A stretch of 64,000 bases of DNA from Candidatus Omnitrophota bacterium (GTDB taxonomy: Bacteria > Omnitrophota > Gorgyraeia > Zapsychrales > JAHFFX01). Shown piece after piece: positions 26,698 through 36,755 of this stretch (positions are counted from its first letter, which is position 1; each line of letters opens with the position of its first letter). Location: positions 1,833 through 65,832 of the forward strand of contig JAHFFW010000012.1 in the NCBI GenBank assembly GCA_023247725.1, in the 5' to 3' direction. The position numbers and the translations under genes are program-made. The notes below the pieces were generated by a model. That model worked only from the letters and a program-made list of their open reading frames with translations. It was not told the DNA's origin and ran no database searches.

Positions 26698-27977
26698 TCG
26701 ACGCCGATCGCCATCCGCTCATCCAAAAAGGCCTTATCCTTTTCGAGCAGGGCCGTTATCATGATGCCGCCCGAACCTTTAAGGATTTCCTTTCCGCCGA
26801 ACCGAATAATGCCTGGGCCCTGCATCTATTGGCCTCGTGTCAATATCATGATCCCAAGTCAAAAAAATTGGCTCTCTCCACCATTGATGCCGCCATCCGT
26901 CTGGAACCGCAGTCGGGCTGGCATTATGAGTTAAAGGCGCTCATTCTGTCAGGACTTGAACAGCATCGCGCCGCGCTCAAATTGATGAGCGCGGCCCTGC
27001 AATTGGAACCGGAGTCGGCGCACACCCATGCCACCCAGGCCTACATCTATATGAACATGAATCAATGGGCCAAGGCGGAAGCCTGCGCCCGTCGAGCCTT
27101 GTCGCTCGATGCCGATAATCTTTTTGCCGGGAACCTTTTGGCCACATCACTCCGTTTGCAGAACCGTCTGACCGAAAATGAACACCTCGTGGCCGATTTA
27201 TTGAGGCGCGATCCGCAAGATGCCGTTTCTCATTCCAATGCCGGTTGGGTGCACTTCCAAAAAGGCGATTACAAACAAGCGATGGTGCATTTTAAGGAGT
27301 CCCTTCGTCTTGATCCCATGTTCGAACCGGCCCGGATTGGGATGCTAGAAACGTTCAAGGCCAAGAGTTTCCTTTACCGAAGCCACATTCGTTATTCGTT
27401 GTTCATGTCGAGGCAATCTAAGCTGACCCAGTGGGTGATCATCATAGGAATCATTTTTGCCTTTCGTTTGATTCGCATCACCTTAAGCGCTTCCTTCGAA
27501 GGAAGATTCGCCTTTTTGGCCGTGTGGTTGATCGTTCCTTACTTTCTTTTTATTTTCTGGACGTGGCTTGCTCCTGGATTTGGAAATTGGATTGTCTGGT
27601 GCGATCCGGTGGCCCATTATGCCCTCAAAAAAAACGAGAAAGCCGATGCCATATTTGTGGGAGGATTTTTGATTGTGGGTTTGGCTGCGATTGTTTTGGG
27701 ACTTTTATCGTCGGTGAAGACCTTTTACCTTTTTGGTGCGGCTTTGCTTTTGACGACCATTCCTTTTAGTTGCACCTTTCTCAATGATCGTCGGGCAGGA
27801 AAAATTTTTTATGGTGCGATCGGAACTACCATCGGTGTACTGGGATTTTTTTCGCTGGGAGTTTATCTGGCCAGCGGTTCCCTGAATCAGCCTTTCATCC
27901 AAATGAGCTGGCTCGTGATGATGATTCTATTCGTGGCCTGCACCTGGCTGGGGGCCTTCAATTTTTTACGCAAATGA
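26694..27977 (+). CDS. TPR-repeat protein with a C-terminal multi-TM domain.
   Basis: N-terminal half has TPRs; the C-terminal ~180 aa are hydrophobic helices. Overlaps the upstream AAA gene by 4 nt. Confidence 0.6.
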   Translation: MIDADRHPLIQKGLILFEQGRYHDAARTFKDFLSAEPNNAWALHLLASCQYHDPKSKKLALSTIDAAIRLEPQSGWHYELKALILSGLEQHRAALKLMSAALQLEPESAHTHATQAYIYMNMNQWAKAEACARRALSLDADNLFAGNLLATSLRLQNRLTENEHLVADLLRRDPQDAVSHSNAGWVHFQKGDYKQAMVHFKESLRLDPMFEPARIGMLETFKAKSFLYRSHIRYSLFMSRQSKLTQWVIIIGIIFAFRLIRITLSASFEGRFAFLAVWLIVPYFLFIFWTWLAPGFGNWIVWCDPVAHYALKKNEKADAIFVGGFLIVGLAAIVLGLLSSVKTFYLFGAALLLTTIPFSCTFLNDRRAGKIFYGAIGTTIGVLGFFSLGVYLASGSLNQPFIQMSWLVMMILFVACTWLGAFNFLRK

Positions 27978-28070
27978 TCGAACCCGACCCCGCAGCCCAC
28001 TTACGAGGTGCCCACTTACGAGGTGGGGGAAGGCTGGGGATATGAGTCGAGGGATCGAAAGGACGGCTTC

Positions 28071-28664
28071 ATGAATCGAGGCCAGCGGTTTGTTCTCATG
28101 GTGATGGCGCTGATGATAGGAGTTACCTTCAATCCATGGGTTTATGGCCAAATGCAAGCTCAAGAAAAACCGGCCTTCTCACCAGATGCATTTGGAGATT
28201 TGGAAGAACGGGTGCATTCCTTGGAAGAATACGCGCAAAGGCTTTCCGACGGGCTTGAGTATCAAATCCGATTCATGGGGAACAAGACCATCCGTCTTAG
28301 CATCATCAGTAAAAATTACCAAGCGATCGCGACCAACTCCGGAACATTTTTGGTAGCGGTGGATGATCTGCAGCATACCGTCAATGGCTATACCATGCAG
28401 GTGCGGATTGGCAATATTTCCGCGGCAGACTTTGGCGGATTTAAAATTGTGCTGCGAATGGGAAATCTCTGGGATCCCAAATCCTCGCTCACCTATGAGG
28501 ATTGGCGCAATTCGCTCAAAGAATTCGAATTCAATTTCCAGGGCAAACTCTCGGCCAGTACCTGGACCCCCGTTGAAATTATTCTCGGATCGATCCCGAA
28601 AGAACTATTAGCTTATATCGAGATGGAAATGACGGTCAACTCGGTGGAGTTGCGGGGACCCTGA
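28071..28664 (+). CDS. Hypothetical secreted protein.
   Basis: ATG at 28071 with a signal-like N-terminus MNRGQRFVLMVMALMIGV. Confidence 0.4.
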   Translation: MNRGQRFVLMVMALMIGVTFNPWVYGQMQAQEKPAFSPDAFGDLEERVHSLEEYAQRLSDGLEYQIRFMGNKTIRLSIISKNYQAIATNSGTFLVAVDDLQHTVNGYTMQVRIGNISAADFGGFKIVLRMGNLWDPKSSLTYEDWRNSLKEFEFNFQGKLSASTWTPVEIILGSIPKELLAYIEMEMTVNSVELRGP

Positions 28665-28702
28665 GGGCAGGTTTGCAGCCCGGCAGTTGCAAAGGAACGT
28701 CG

Positions 28703-29347
28703 ATGGAAAAATTCCTATTGGTTATCGGTAACAAAAATTATTCCTCTTGGTCTTTGCGGCCATGGCTGGTCTTAAAGTTTTTCAAAATTCCTTTTAAGGA
28801 AATGGTGATTCCTTTGTACCAGGCGCAATCAAAGGCCCACATCCTTCGCTATTCGCCGTCGGGGAAGGTGCCGTTATTGATCCACGGCAAAAACCGCGTC
28901 TGGGATTCCATGGCCATTGGCGAATATCTGGCGGAGATTTTTCCCCGCAAAGGTCTCTGGCCCAAGGACCGCGCGGCGAGAGCGCTGGCGCGCTCCATCA
29001 GCGCGGAAATGCATTCTGGATTTATCGCCCTGCGCAAAAACTGTCCCATGGATGTGCGTTCCTTTAAACCATTAGACAAAATTCCGTTGGAGGTGGAGGG
29101 GGATGTTCGCCGGATCAGGAAAATCTGGGATTCTTGCCGGTCCCGGTTTGGGGCGAAGGGAGCATTTTTGTTTGGTGCATTTTCGCTTGCGGATGCCATG
29201 TATGCGCCCATTGTCTGGCGTTTTCAAACCTATGGAATCAAGCTGTCGGGTTTGAGCGATGAATATGGGAAGATGATGCGGGCCTTGCCCGCCATGCGCG
29301 AATGGCAGAAGGCCGGCGAGAAGGAATCGTGGAGGATTGGGCATTAG
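28703..29347 (+). CDS. Glutathione S-transferase family protein.
   Basis: N-terminal thioredoxin-like GST motif (NYSSWSLRPW...GKVPLL). C-terminal helical domain. Confidence 0.7.
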   Translation: MEKFLLVIGNKNYSSWSLRPWLVLKFFKIPFKEMVIPLYQAQSKAHILRYSPSGKVPLLIHGKNRVWDSMAIGEYLAEIFPRKGLWPKDRAARALARSISAEMHSGFIALRKNCPMDVRSFKPLDKIPLEVEGDVRRIRKIWDSCRSRFGAKGAFLFGAFSLADAMYAPIVWRFQTYGIKLSGLSDEYGKMMRALPAMREWQKAGEKESWRIGH

Positions 29348-29373
29348 TCAATAGTTTCTCAAGGTTTACCCCT

Positions 29374-30447
29374 ATGGAAATCGGCATCGTCGGATTACCC
29401 AACGTCGGGAAATCCACTTTATTTAATGCCTTGACCGGGGCGGCAGCCGCGGCCTCGAACTTTCCTTTCACCACGATTGAACCGAACATCGGCGTTGTTC
29501 CTTTGCCCGACGAACGATTAATCCGATTGGCCGAAGAATTCCACAGCGCCAAGACCACCCCGGCAGGCATCCGGTTTGTCGACATTGCAGGTTTAGTCAA
29601 AGGCGCCTCCCAGGGTGAAGGCCTGGGCAACAAATTTCTTTCTCACATCCGGTCGGTCGATGCGATCGCGCATGTGGTGCGCTGTTTCAAGGATGAAAAT
29701 GTCGTCAGCGTCATGGACAATCTCGATCCCGGCAATGCGGTTGACACGATCACGACCGAATTATTGCTGGCCGATCTGCAGCAATGCCAGAAGGCGCTCG
29801 AACGTTTGAGCGGACCGTCCAAATCCGGGGATCAGAAGGCCAAAGAAAAAAGCGCCATTCTGGAAAATGCCAGCAAGTCCTTCAATGCGGGCCAATCGGC
29901 CCGGCAACAGCGATTGCCGGCGGAGATCATCGGGGAATATCAATTTCTGACCGCTAAACCCTTATTGTACGTGGCCAACACCGATGAAGGACCTGTGAAT
30001 GAAGACCTCATCCGGCCTTTGCGCGAACGCGCTCAAAAAGAAGGAGCCTCGCTCATCAGCCTGTGCACAAAACTGGAGGCCGAAATCGTGCAGCTGCCTG
30101 CAGCCGAACGCTCTCTTTATTATGAATCGGCCGGTATCACCACCCCGGGTCTGGGTTTGCTGGCAACCGCCGGTCAGAAGCTTTTGAATCTGATTTGTTT
30201 TTTTACCGCCGGTCCCCAGGAAACCCGCGCCTGGCTTGTCTCCGCCGGAACCAAAGCGGTCAAGGCCGCCGGAAAAATCCATTCGGATATCGAACGTGGA
30301 TTTATCCGGGCGGAGATTTACAAATTTGCCGATCTCAAGAGGCTGGGCAATTATAAGGCCGTTCAGCAAAATAATCTGGTTTCATTGGAAGGCAAGGATT
30401 ACTTGATACAAGACGGCGATGTGGCGTATTTCCGTTTCAGTGTTTGA
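29374..30447 (+). CDS. ychF: Ribosome-binding ATPase YchF (Obg-like ATPase).
   Basis: MEIGIVGLPNVGKSTLFNALT. TGS-like C-terminus. Typical 357-aa length. Confidence 0.9.
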   Translation: MEIGIVGLPNVGKSTLFNALTGAAAAASNFPFTTIEPNIGVVPLPDERLIRLAEEFHSAKTTPAGIRFVDIAGLVKGASQGEGLGNKFLSHIRSVDAIAHVVRCFKDENVVSVMDNLDPGNAVDTITTELLLADLQQCQKALERLSGPSKSGDQKAKEKSAILENASKSFNAGQSARQQRLPAEIIGEYQFLTAKPLLYVANTDEGPVNEDLIRPLRERAQKEGASLISLCTKLEAEIVQLPAAERSLYYESAGITTPGLGLLATAGQKLLNLICFFTAGPQETRAWLVSAGTKAVKAAGKIHSDIERGFIRAEIYKFADLKRLGNYKAVQQNNLVSLEGKDYLIQDGDVAYFRFSV

Positions 30448-30464
30448 GGGTCAAGGACAATGAA

Positions 30465-31652
30465 ATGAACATTCGTTCAAAATGGTTGGCCGGGAGCCTC
30501 AGCGTCCTTTTTATTTTTTTCTGGACGCACCCGGTGCGGGCTCAAAACGATCACGCCTTGCGTTCTTTGGTTAAATTGGAGCCGGCTTTTCCAAATCTCA
30601 AATTTGATCAACCCGTGGATTTCCAATATGCCCCGGATGGGAGCGGGCGATTGTTTGTCGTCGAACAAAGGGGCGTTATCCGCGTGTTCACGAATTCTCC
30701 CGACGTCAAAACCACCGGGATTTTTTTGGATTTGCGCCAGGAGGTCCGGATCGGCCATTCCGAGGAAGGGCTCTTGGGGCTTGCGTTTCATCCGGCCTTT
30801 AAAGACAACGGCTATTTTTTCGTTGACTATATCGCGGACAAATCTCGTCGAACCGTCGTGGCAAGGTTCCGGATCGATCAGAACAATCCTGACCAGGCCG
30901 ATCCTTTCAGTAAAACAGTCATCCTGGAGGCTGGTCAGCCTTACGGCAACCACAACGGTGGTCAGCTTGCCTTTGGTCCCGATGGGTTTTTGTATATCGC
31001 GTTGGGTGATGGCGGGGCAGCGGGTGACCCCCATGGGAACGGTCAGAATCGTCAAACGCTGCTGGGCTCGATCTTGCGGATTGACGTTGACCACGAGGAT
31101 CAAAACAAACGCTATGCGATTCCGGCGGACAATCCTTTTGCGAACAATGACAAAGGTTACCAGCCCGAGATTTTTGCCTACGGCCTGCGCAATCCCTGGC
31201 GTTTTAGTTTTGATCCGGCCACGGGGTTGCTATGGGCCGGCGATGTGGGCCAAGACAAGCCTTATGAGGAAATTGATATTATCAAAAAAGGAAAAAATTA
31301 CGGCTGGAACATCATGGAAGGCACCCATTGTTTTCAGCCACCCGTCGGATGTCACCAAGGCGGTTTAGAATTGCCGGTCTGGGAATATTCCGTCGATCAA
31401 GGCCGTTGCATCATTGGCGGCCGCATGTATCGAGGTCAAAACATTCCAGAACTCGTTGGTCATTATGTTTATGGTGATTATGTCTCCGGCCGAATATGGG
31501 CTTTAAAATTGACGGAAACCGGCCAGGTGATGGATGAGGAGATTGATCATAATTCCAATCTTTATCCAACTTCTTTCGGCGTCGATGAAAAAGGCGAAAT
31601 GGTTGTCTGTTCCTTTGATGGGAATATTTATGGTTTTAAACGGATTCCTTAA
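30465..31652 (+). CDS. PQQ-dependent sugar dehydrogenase (soluble glucose/sorbosone dehydrogenase family).
   Basis: Signal peptide. GNHNGGQLAFGPDGFLYIALGDGG beta-propeller motif. Confidence 0.75.
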   Translation: MNIRSKWLAGSLSVLFIFFWTHPVRAQNDHALRSLVKLEPAFPNLKFDQPVDFQYAPDGSGRLFVVEQRGVIRVFTNSPDVKTTGIFLDLRQEVRIGHSEEGLLGLAFHPAFKDNGYFFVDYIADKSRRTVVARFRIDQNNPDQADPFSKTVILEAGQPYGNHNGGQLAFGPDGFLYIALGDGGAAGDPHGNGQNRQTLLGSILRIDVDHEDQNKRYAIPADNPFANNDKGYQPEIFAYGLRNPWRFSFDPATGLLWAGDVGQDKPYEEIDIIKKGKNYGWNIMEGTHCFQPPVGCHQGGLELPVWEYSVDQGRCIIGGRMYRGQNIPELVGHYVYGDYVSGRIWALKLTETGQVMDEEIDHNSNLYPTSFGVDEKGEMVVCSFDGNIYGFKRIP

Positions 31653-32274
31653 TTGTTCAAAAGATTTCCGATCACGTCGAATTATTCTGGCTAGCATATG
31701 TGTAGGACTCGGGACCTTGATCGCGACTTCCGGCGTTTGGGCCAAGACTTCTTTTACGATTGATCCCCAAGCGTCATCGATTCGTGGGTCCATCCGTTAT
31801 ACGCTCATTGGTCTTTATCAGGCCCGCTTCACGGAATTTAGCGGCACTATTGATTATGACGAAAAAAATATTGAACAGAGTCAAGTTCAATTGACGATTG
31901 AAACGGCGAGCCTTAAGTCCGAGTTTTCTCGCCTCGATCGAATTGTGGTTTCTCCGCGATTGCTGGATGCCCGACGCTATCCGGTCATCACCTTCAAAAG
32001 TCATTCGATTTCCCGGCAGGGCGATCACCTCTGGGCCGAGGGCAACGTCGTTTTGCACGGGGTCAAACGCGAATTCGGTTTCCCTTTTTTTCTGCAGGGG
32101 CCGTTTAAAGACACGAAAGGAAATTCCTATCTTCTGGCCAAAGGCAGGATGATGATTCGCCGCAAGGATTTCGCGGTCATCTGGAATAAAATTTTGGATC
32201 AAGGAGGTCTCATTGTGGGAGACCATGTGAATGTGGATTGGAAAGTGACTGCCCGGGAGAAAAATTTGCGATGA
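31630..32274 (+). CDS. YceI-family periplasmic protein.
   Basis: YceI-like fold pattern (F.IDP..S.I......L...V.G.F). Signal peptide. Start is uncertain: ATG at 31630 or 31618, overlapping the previous gene. Confidence 0.6.
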   Translation: MVLNGFLNCSKDFRSRRIILASICVGLGTLIATSGVWAKTSFTIDPQASSIRGSIRYTLIGLYQARFTEFSGTIDYDEKNIEQSQVQLTIETASLKSEFSRLDRIVVSPRLLDARRYPVITFKSHSISRQGDHLWAEGNVVLHGVKREFGFPFFLQGPFKDTKGNSYLLAKGRMMIRRKDFAVIWNKILDQGGLIVGDHVNVDWKVTAREKNLR

Positions 32275-33236
32275 AAAAAATGGCCTATATCAAAATCATT
32301 CTCATGGTTTGGCTTCTTTTGTTTTCTAGAGAGCTCTGTATTCAGGCCGAAGAAAACAATCCCGATGAGAAGGCCGACATGTATTTAAGAAAGGCCTTCG
32401 AGGGCAAAGAGGCCGGGGATGACCGCAAACGCGAATTTTGGCTGGGCCGATTCATTGGGGAGGTGACCGTCAATCCCAAGACAACCCGAACCTGGGCCGA
32501 TATGCAAGCCTTGGTCGATTCGCTCCCTCTGAAGTTGCCACAGGGCAGTCTTTCTGCAAACTACCATGAGAGTTTCCGGCAATGGTTTTCCGAACGCTCA
32601 CGGGGACAGTGGGCCGTTTCCAATGACCGCGCCAATGAAACCGACCATACGATCGAGATGGGCAATGGTTCGGGATTAATTGATCGCGGGTTTAAAGCGA
32701 CCTATTTTGCTGCAGTCTTTGCTTCTCCCCGGGTCTTGGGCTGGAGCGTTGGCCATCAAGACCAAATCTTGGTTTTTGCCAGCGAAGAGCAAAAACCCCT
32801 CATCCTTTCGGGTGAACTGATTCCCGGTGATTATTGCCTTTATTACAATATGGTGGAGCTTGATACCGGCGGCAAAAAAGTGCAGACCTTTTGGGCGCCG
32901 AAATTTGAGGATCTGGATGGTGATAAAATTCCAGAGGTGTTTTTCCGCTACAATGTGGTTGACGGCGATCACTTTGATCAGGAATTGGCCATCTATAAGT
33001 TCGTCGGCAGCTCGCCGGTTTTTTACAAAAAATTTGTTGGCAGAAACGGCGGCCTGGCGCATAAGCTGGAAGGAAAAAGGATTCAGGTCGCTAACGGCGA
33101 CTCCGATCCCATTGAACTGGAAACTTGGGAATTTACCGGCAATGACTTTGTGATTCAAGAGAGAACGAGGGTTCCCAACATTTATATGAGTGAGGAATGG
33201 AAAAATTATTATTTTCCAGATGAACGGTTGTTTTAG
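32271..33236 (+). CDS. Hypothetical secreted protein.
   Basis: ATGA overlap with the YceI stop. Signal peptide MKKMAYIKIILMVWLLLFS. Confidence 0.5.
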   Translation: MKKMAYIKIILMVWLLLFSRELCIQAEENNPDEKADMYLRKAFEGKEAGDDRKREFWLGRFIGEVTVNPKTTRTWADMQALVDSLPLKLPQGSLSANYHESFRQWFSERSRGQWAVSNDRANETDHTIEMGNGSGLIDRGFKATYFAAVFASPRVLGWSVGHQDQILVFASEEQKPLILSGELIPGDYCLYYNMVELDTGGKKVQTFWAPKFEDLDGDKIPEVFFRYNVVDGDHFDQELAIYKFVGSSPVFYKKFVGRNGGLAHKLEGKRIQVANGDSDPIELETWEFTGNDFVIQERTRVPNIYMSEEWKNYYFPDERLF

Positions 33237-33256
33237 AAACTAAAACTTGAAATCGT

Positions 33257-33294
33257 GGGGGCCAGGGCCGGGATTAATCGAAGGCCCTGGCCCC
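33257..33294. repeat. REP-like GC hairpin, copy 2 (same element as 2496-2536).
   Basis: TTGAAATCGTGGGGGCCAGGGCCGGGA...AGGCCCTGGCCCC; near-identical to 2488-2536. Confidence 0.7.
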
Positions 33295-33310
33295 TTCGGG
33301 TATTGAGCCT

Positions 33311-33421
33311 ATTACTGACCAACGCATAAATAATAGCACTCGTCTTATTGCTATACGTTGTTGCTTGCGTTGGCAGTACTGCTTCCGTAAATGTTTTATT
33401 GTTCATACACAAGTCAGTAAT
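33311..33421 (+). mobile_element. MITE-like ~110-bp repeat, copy B.
   Basis: 9-bp terminal inverted repeat ATTACTGAC...GTCAGTAAT. About 86% identical to the reverse complement of 14271-14379 (my hand alignment). Confidence 0.6.
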
Positions 33422-33490
33422 CGAACAGGGGCGGAAAGCTCTCTAACCTTCCTGTTTCCATGATCTTGGAACTCTGCAAAGTGAAAATTC

Positions 33491-33519
33491 TTGCCATGCC
33501 TAGCGTGTCCATATATAAT
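33491..33519 (+). promoter_or_regulatory. Sigma70-like promoter TTGCCA-17-TATAAT upstream of trxA.
   Basis: Read directly; correct spacing; about 75 nt upstream of the trxA ATG. Confidence 0.55.
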
Positions 33520-33595
33520 AACTTCCTTATTGCGAAATAATAATTTTAAAGTTAGTTGATATCAAAAAGTTTTTGGCCAACGAAAGGGGAGAATC

Positions 33596-33919
33596 ATGGT
33601 CTTAGCGCATTTGACCCAGAATAATTTTGATGATGAAGTGATCAATTCACCCTTGCCGGTTCTGGTGGATTTTTGGGCAGAATGGTGCGGTCCCTGCAAA
33701 ATGATCAGCCCGGTCATTGATGAAATCGCCAATGAGCTGTCGGGAAAGCTGAAAGTGGCGAAGGTCAATGTTGATGATGCCCAAGATCTGGCCGTTCGGT
33801 ATGGAATCATGTCCATCCCCGCCTTGCTGATCTTTAAGAAGGGAAAGGTTGTCCAACAGTTGGTGGGCGTCATGCCTAAGGAACAATTGTTATCAAAGAT
33901 TAGTCCCCTTTTGTCCTAA
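33596..33919 (+). CDS. trxA: Thioredoxin.
   Basis: [10 protein letters not shown] active site. 107 aa. Confidence 0.95.
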   Translation: MVLAHLTQNNFDDEVINSPLPVLVDFWAEWCGPCKMISPVIDEIANELSGKLKVAKVNVDDAQDLAVRYGIMSIPALLIFKKGKVVQQLVGVMPKEQLLSKISPLLS

Positions 33920-33938
33920 AGAAAGGAAAGACGAAAGA

Positions 33939-34295
33939 ATGCTTTTGCATTTTTGTAAATCAAAAATCGCCCGTGGCCGCATCACGGAGGCCCAATTGTA
34001 TTACGAGGGGAGCATCACGATCGATGAGACTGTGTTAAAGGCAGCCGAAATCTTTCCCGGAGAAAAGGTGGAAGTCTTAAATGTGAATAACGGCGCTCGC
34101 CTGGAGACCTATGCCATTGCCGGCAAGGCCGGTTCCGGTCAAATCTGTCTCAATGGCCCCGCGGCCCGTCTAGGATTTCCGGGTGATCAGATCATCATTT
34201 TATGCTATGCCTTGCTTGCGCCCGAGGAAATTAAAAAATATAAAACCAAGGTTGTGTTTTTAGACGAAAAAAATCGAATGCAAAAGGCTCCATGA
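33939..34295 (+). CDS. panD: Aspartate 1-decarboxylase.
   Basis: MLLHFCKSKIARGRITEAQLYYEGSITID...; includes the pyruvoyl-precursor G-S site. 118 aa. Confidence 0.85.
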   Translation: MLLHFCKSKIARGRITEAQLYYEGSITIDETVLKAAEIFPGEKVEVLNVNNGARLETYAIAGKAGSGQICLNGPAARLGFPGDQIIILCYALLAPEEIKKYKTKVVFLDEKNRMQKAP

Positions 34296-34837
34296 TTGCC
34301 ACTCATCTTAAAATCCGGATTTATGGCGATCCTTGTCTGAGGAAAAAATCTCAGCCCGTGAAGGATGTCGGTATGTCCGAGCGAATGCTCATCCTTTCCA
34401 TGATTGAAACCATGCATCAGCAAAAAGGCATTGGCCTGGCGGCTCCTCAAGTGGGGATCAATCAACAGATCGTCGTCGTGGATATTGGAGAGGGCCTGCT
34501 CACTCTCATTAATCCGAAGGTCATTCACAGAAAAGGCAGATCGGTCATGGAAGAGGGGTGCTTGAGCCTTCCCGGAGTTGTTGTCCATGTCCGGCGGCCA
34601 CAAGAGATTTGGGTGGAATATTGGGACGAGCACAAGCGCCCGCACAAACAGCACTGCTCGGAGCTTCTGGCTCGAGTCATTCAACATGAAACCGACCATG
34701 TGCACGGAAAACTAATTGTCGATTACACGCCCTGGGGTGAAAAATTGCGCGTCCGTCGGCAATTGAAAGAGCTTCTGACCTATGGGAAAGTTTTGGAACC
34801 GGCCACCGCACACCGACTGGTGAAAAAAAATCCATGA
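34292..34837 (+). CDS. def: Peptide deformylase.
   Basis: GIGLAAPQVG, EGCLS and QHETDH motifs. Confidence 0.9.
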   Translation: MIATHLKIRIYGDPCLRKKSQPVKDVGMSERMLILSMIETMHQQKGIGLAAPQVGINQQIVVVDIGEGLLTLINPKVIHRKGRSVMEEGCLSLPGVVVHVRRPQEIWVEYWDEHKRPHKQHCSELLARVIQHETDHVHGKLIVDYTPWGEKLRVRRQLKELLTYGKVLEPATAHRLVKKNP

Positions 34838-35757
34838 TTCAAATCGACGAATTAACGAAGAATCCTTTGGTATTGCCTTCCTGGTTTCGGCAGGAATTGC
34901 CCGATATGGCCAAAGTCCACCGCATGCAGGCCATGTTTCGCCAAGTCAATTTGCATACTGTCTGCGAAAGCGCCCACTGCCCCAACATGGGGCAATGCTG
35001 GGGACGGGGGGTTGCGACCTTCATGATTTTGGGAGATATCTGCACCCGCGCCTGTCGTTTCTGCGCTGTGCCGGCGGGTCAAGCGATGGCGGTTGACTCA
35101 CAAGAGCCCACCAAAATAGCCCAAGCCGTGGCGCAGTTGCAATTGCGCTATGTGGTTGTGACCTCCGTTGCACGGGATGATTTAAACGATGAAGGCGCCG
35201 GGCATTTTGTTCAAACGATCCGGGAAATCCGACGAATCAACCCCTATACCAAGATTGAGATCCTCATCCCCGATTTTTCTGGCAAAAAGGAATTGCTGGA
35301 AACAGTGGCACAGGAAAAACCCGAAGTCATCAGTCACAACATTGAAACGGTTCGTCGGCTTTCAGCAAAGATTCGGCCCCAGGCCGATTACGGTCGTTCG
35401 TTACAGACACTCGCCATCCTGAAAAATTGTTGTTCGTCCACCCTGACCAAATCCAGCCTCATGGTGGGTTTGGGTGAAACCCTGGACGAATTGAAAACGA
35501 CCATGCAGGAGCTTATTTGTGTCGGCTGCGACATGTTGACGATCGGTCAGTATCTGTCTCCATCCTTGGCGAAGCGTCATGTCCGGGTCGAACGGTTTGT
35601 TTCTCCGGAAGAATTCCAGTCACTGAAAGAAGTGGGATTGCAATTAGGATTCCGGCACGTTATGTCCGGGCCCCTCGTGCGAAGTTCCTATATTGCGGAG
35701 GAAGGCTATCGGCAATGTTTGGAAAATTTCATCGGCACCGATGAAAGAGGACCATGA
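34834..35757 (+). CDS. lipA: Lipoyl synthase.
   Basis: CESAHCPNMGQCW plus the radical-SAM motif CTRACRFC. Confidence 0.9.
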   Translation: MIQIDELTKNPLVLPSWFRQELPDMAKVHRMQAMFRQVNLHTVCESAHCPNMGQCWGRGVATFMILGDICTRACRFCAVPAGQAMAVDSQEPTKIAQAVAQLQLRYVVVTSVARDDLNDEGAGHFVQTIREIRRINPYTKIEILIPDFSGKKELLETVAQEKPEVISHNIETVRRLSAKIRPQADYGRSLQTLAILKNCCSSTLTKSSLMVGLGETLDELKTTMQELICVGCDMLTIGQYLSPSLAKRHVRVERFVSPEEFQSLKEVGLQLGFRHVMSGPLVRSSYIAEEGYRQCLENFIGTDERGP

Positions 35758-36755
35758 GCAAACAGAGAGAACCCCTTAAGCATATTCTTTCGCTTTTAGC
35801 GCGGTTGGGTTTTAGCGCCGCGCTTTTGACTTATCTTTTTAAAAAGATCGATATCCATCATATCGTGGCGGCCCTGCGTCAGGCGGATTTGAGTGTTCTG
35901 GGTTCGGCCGCCGCTGTTTTCTTTATCATCCACATGATCATCCTCATTCGCTGGATGATTTTTATGAAGGCCCTGGACTTGCAATTGCCACTCAAAGAAA
36001 TCATCAGTTATTTTTTCATCGGCCTTTTTTTTAACCTCTTTTTACCCAGCTCGACGGGCGGCGACCTGATGAAAGGGATCGGTTTGTGTCAATACACCCC
36101 GGCGAAGGCCAAGGTGGTGGCCTCGATTGTCCTGGACCGTCTGAGCGGCTTTGCGGGAATTGTCCTCGTGGCCCTGGCCGCTTATCTTTGTGGATTCCAA
36201 TTGATCCGGGACTGGCCGCTGTTATGGGCGATCCTTTTTTTGGGAGGAGTGGTTCTGGGAATCCTTTTTGTGCTTTTGAATGAAAAAGTTTATTCGTTTG
36301 GATGCCGGGCCTTTTCGCGCCTGCCCAAAGTCCAGCAAGCATTGATGAGTTTGCATTACGACCTTGCCCTTTTAAAAAATAAACGCAGTGCCTTTTATCA
36401 AGGCGTGGCCGTCTCCTGTTTGTCCCAAACCCTTTTGGCTCTGACCTTTTATCTCGTCGCCAGGGCCCTGCACCAGAATATTGCTTTTGTGCATTTCCTC
36501 ATCTTTGTTCCGATCATTTGCGTCGTGGCGAGCCTTCCTTCCATCGGCGGGCTGGGAGTTCGCGATGCCGGCGCGGTCTATCTTTTAGGGAAAGTGGGGG
36601 TCGCGGCCGCAACGGCAGTGAGTATTTCCTTGATCAATTTCTTTTTTATGGTTGCCATGGGTCTTTTGGGAGGACTTGTGTGTGTCACTCATGTATCTCC
36701 TGGACGGGTACAATATCATCGGCCGCATTCCTCGGTTGGCGCAAAGGTCACTTGA
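35754..36755 (+). CDS. Flippase-like (lysylphosphatidylglycerol synthase TM-region family, UPF0104) membrane protein.
   Basis: Multi-TM protein with a central GGDLMKG motif typical of TIGR00374-like proteins. Confidence 0.55.
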   Translation: MSKQREPLKHILSLLARLGFSAALLTYLFKKIDIHHIVAALRQADLSVLGSAAAVFFIIHMIILIRWMIFMKALDLQLPLKEIISYFFIGLFFNLFLPSSTGGDLMKGIGLCQYTPAKAKVVASIVLDRLSGFAGIVLVALAAYLCGFQLIRDWPLLWAILFLGGVVLGILFVLLNEKVYSFGCRAFSRLPKVQQALMSLHYDLALLKNKRSAFYQGVAVSCLSQTLLALTFYLVARALHQNIAFVHFLIFVPIICVVASLPSIGGLGVRDAGAVYLLGKVGVAAATAVSISLINFFFMVAMGLLGGLVCVTHVSPGRVQYHRPHSSVGAKVT

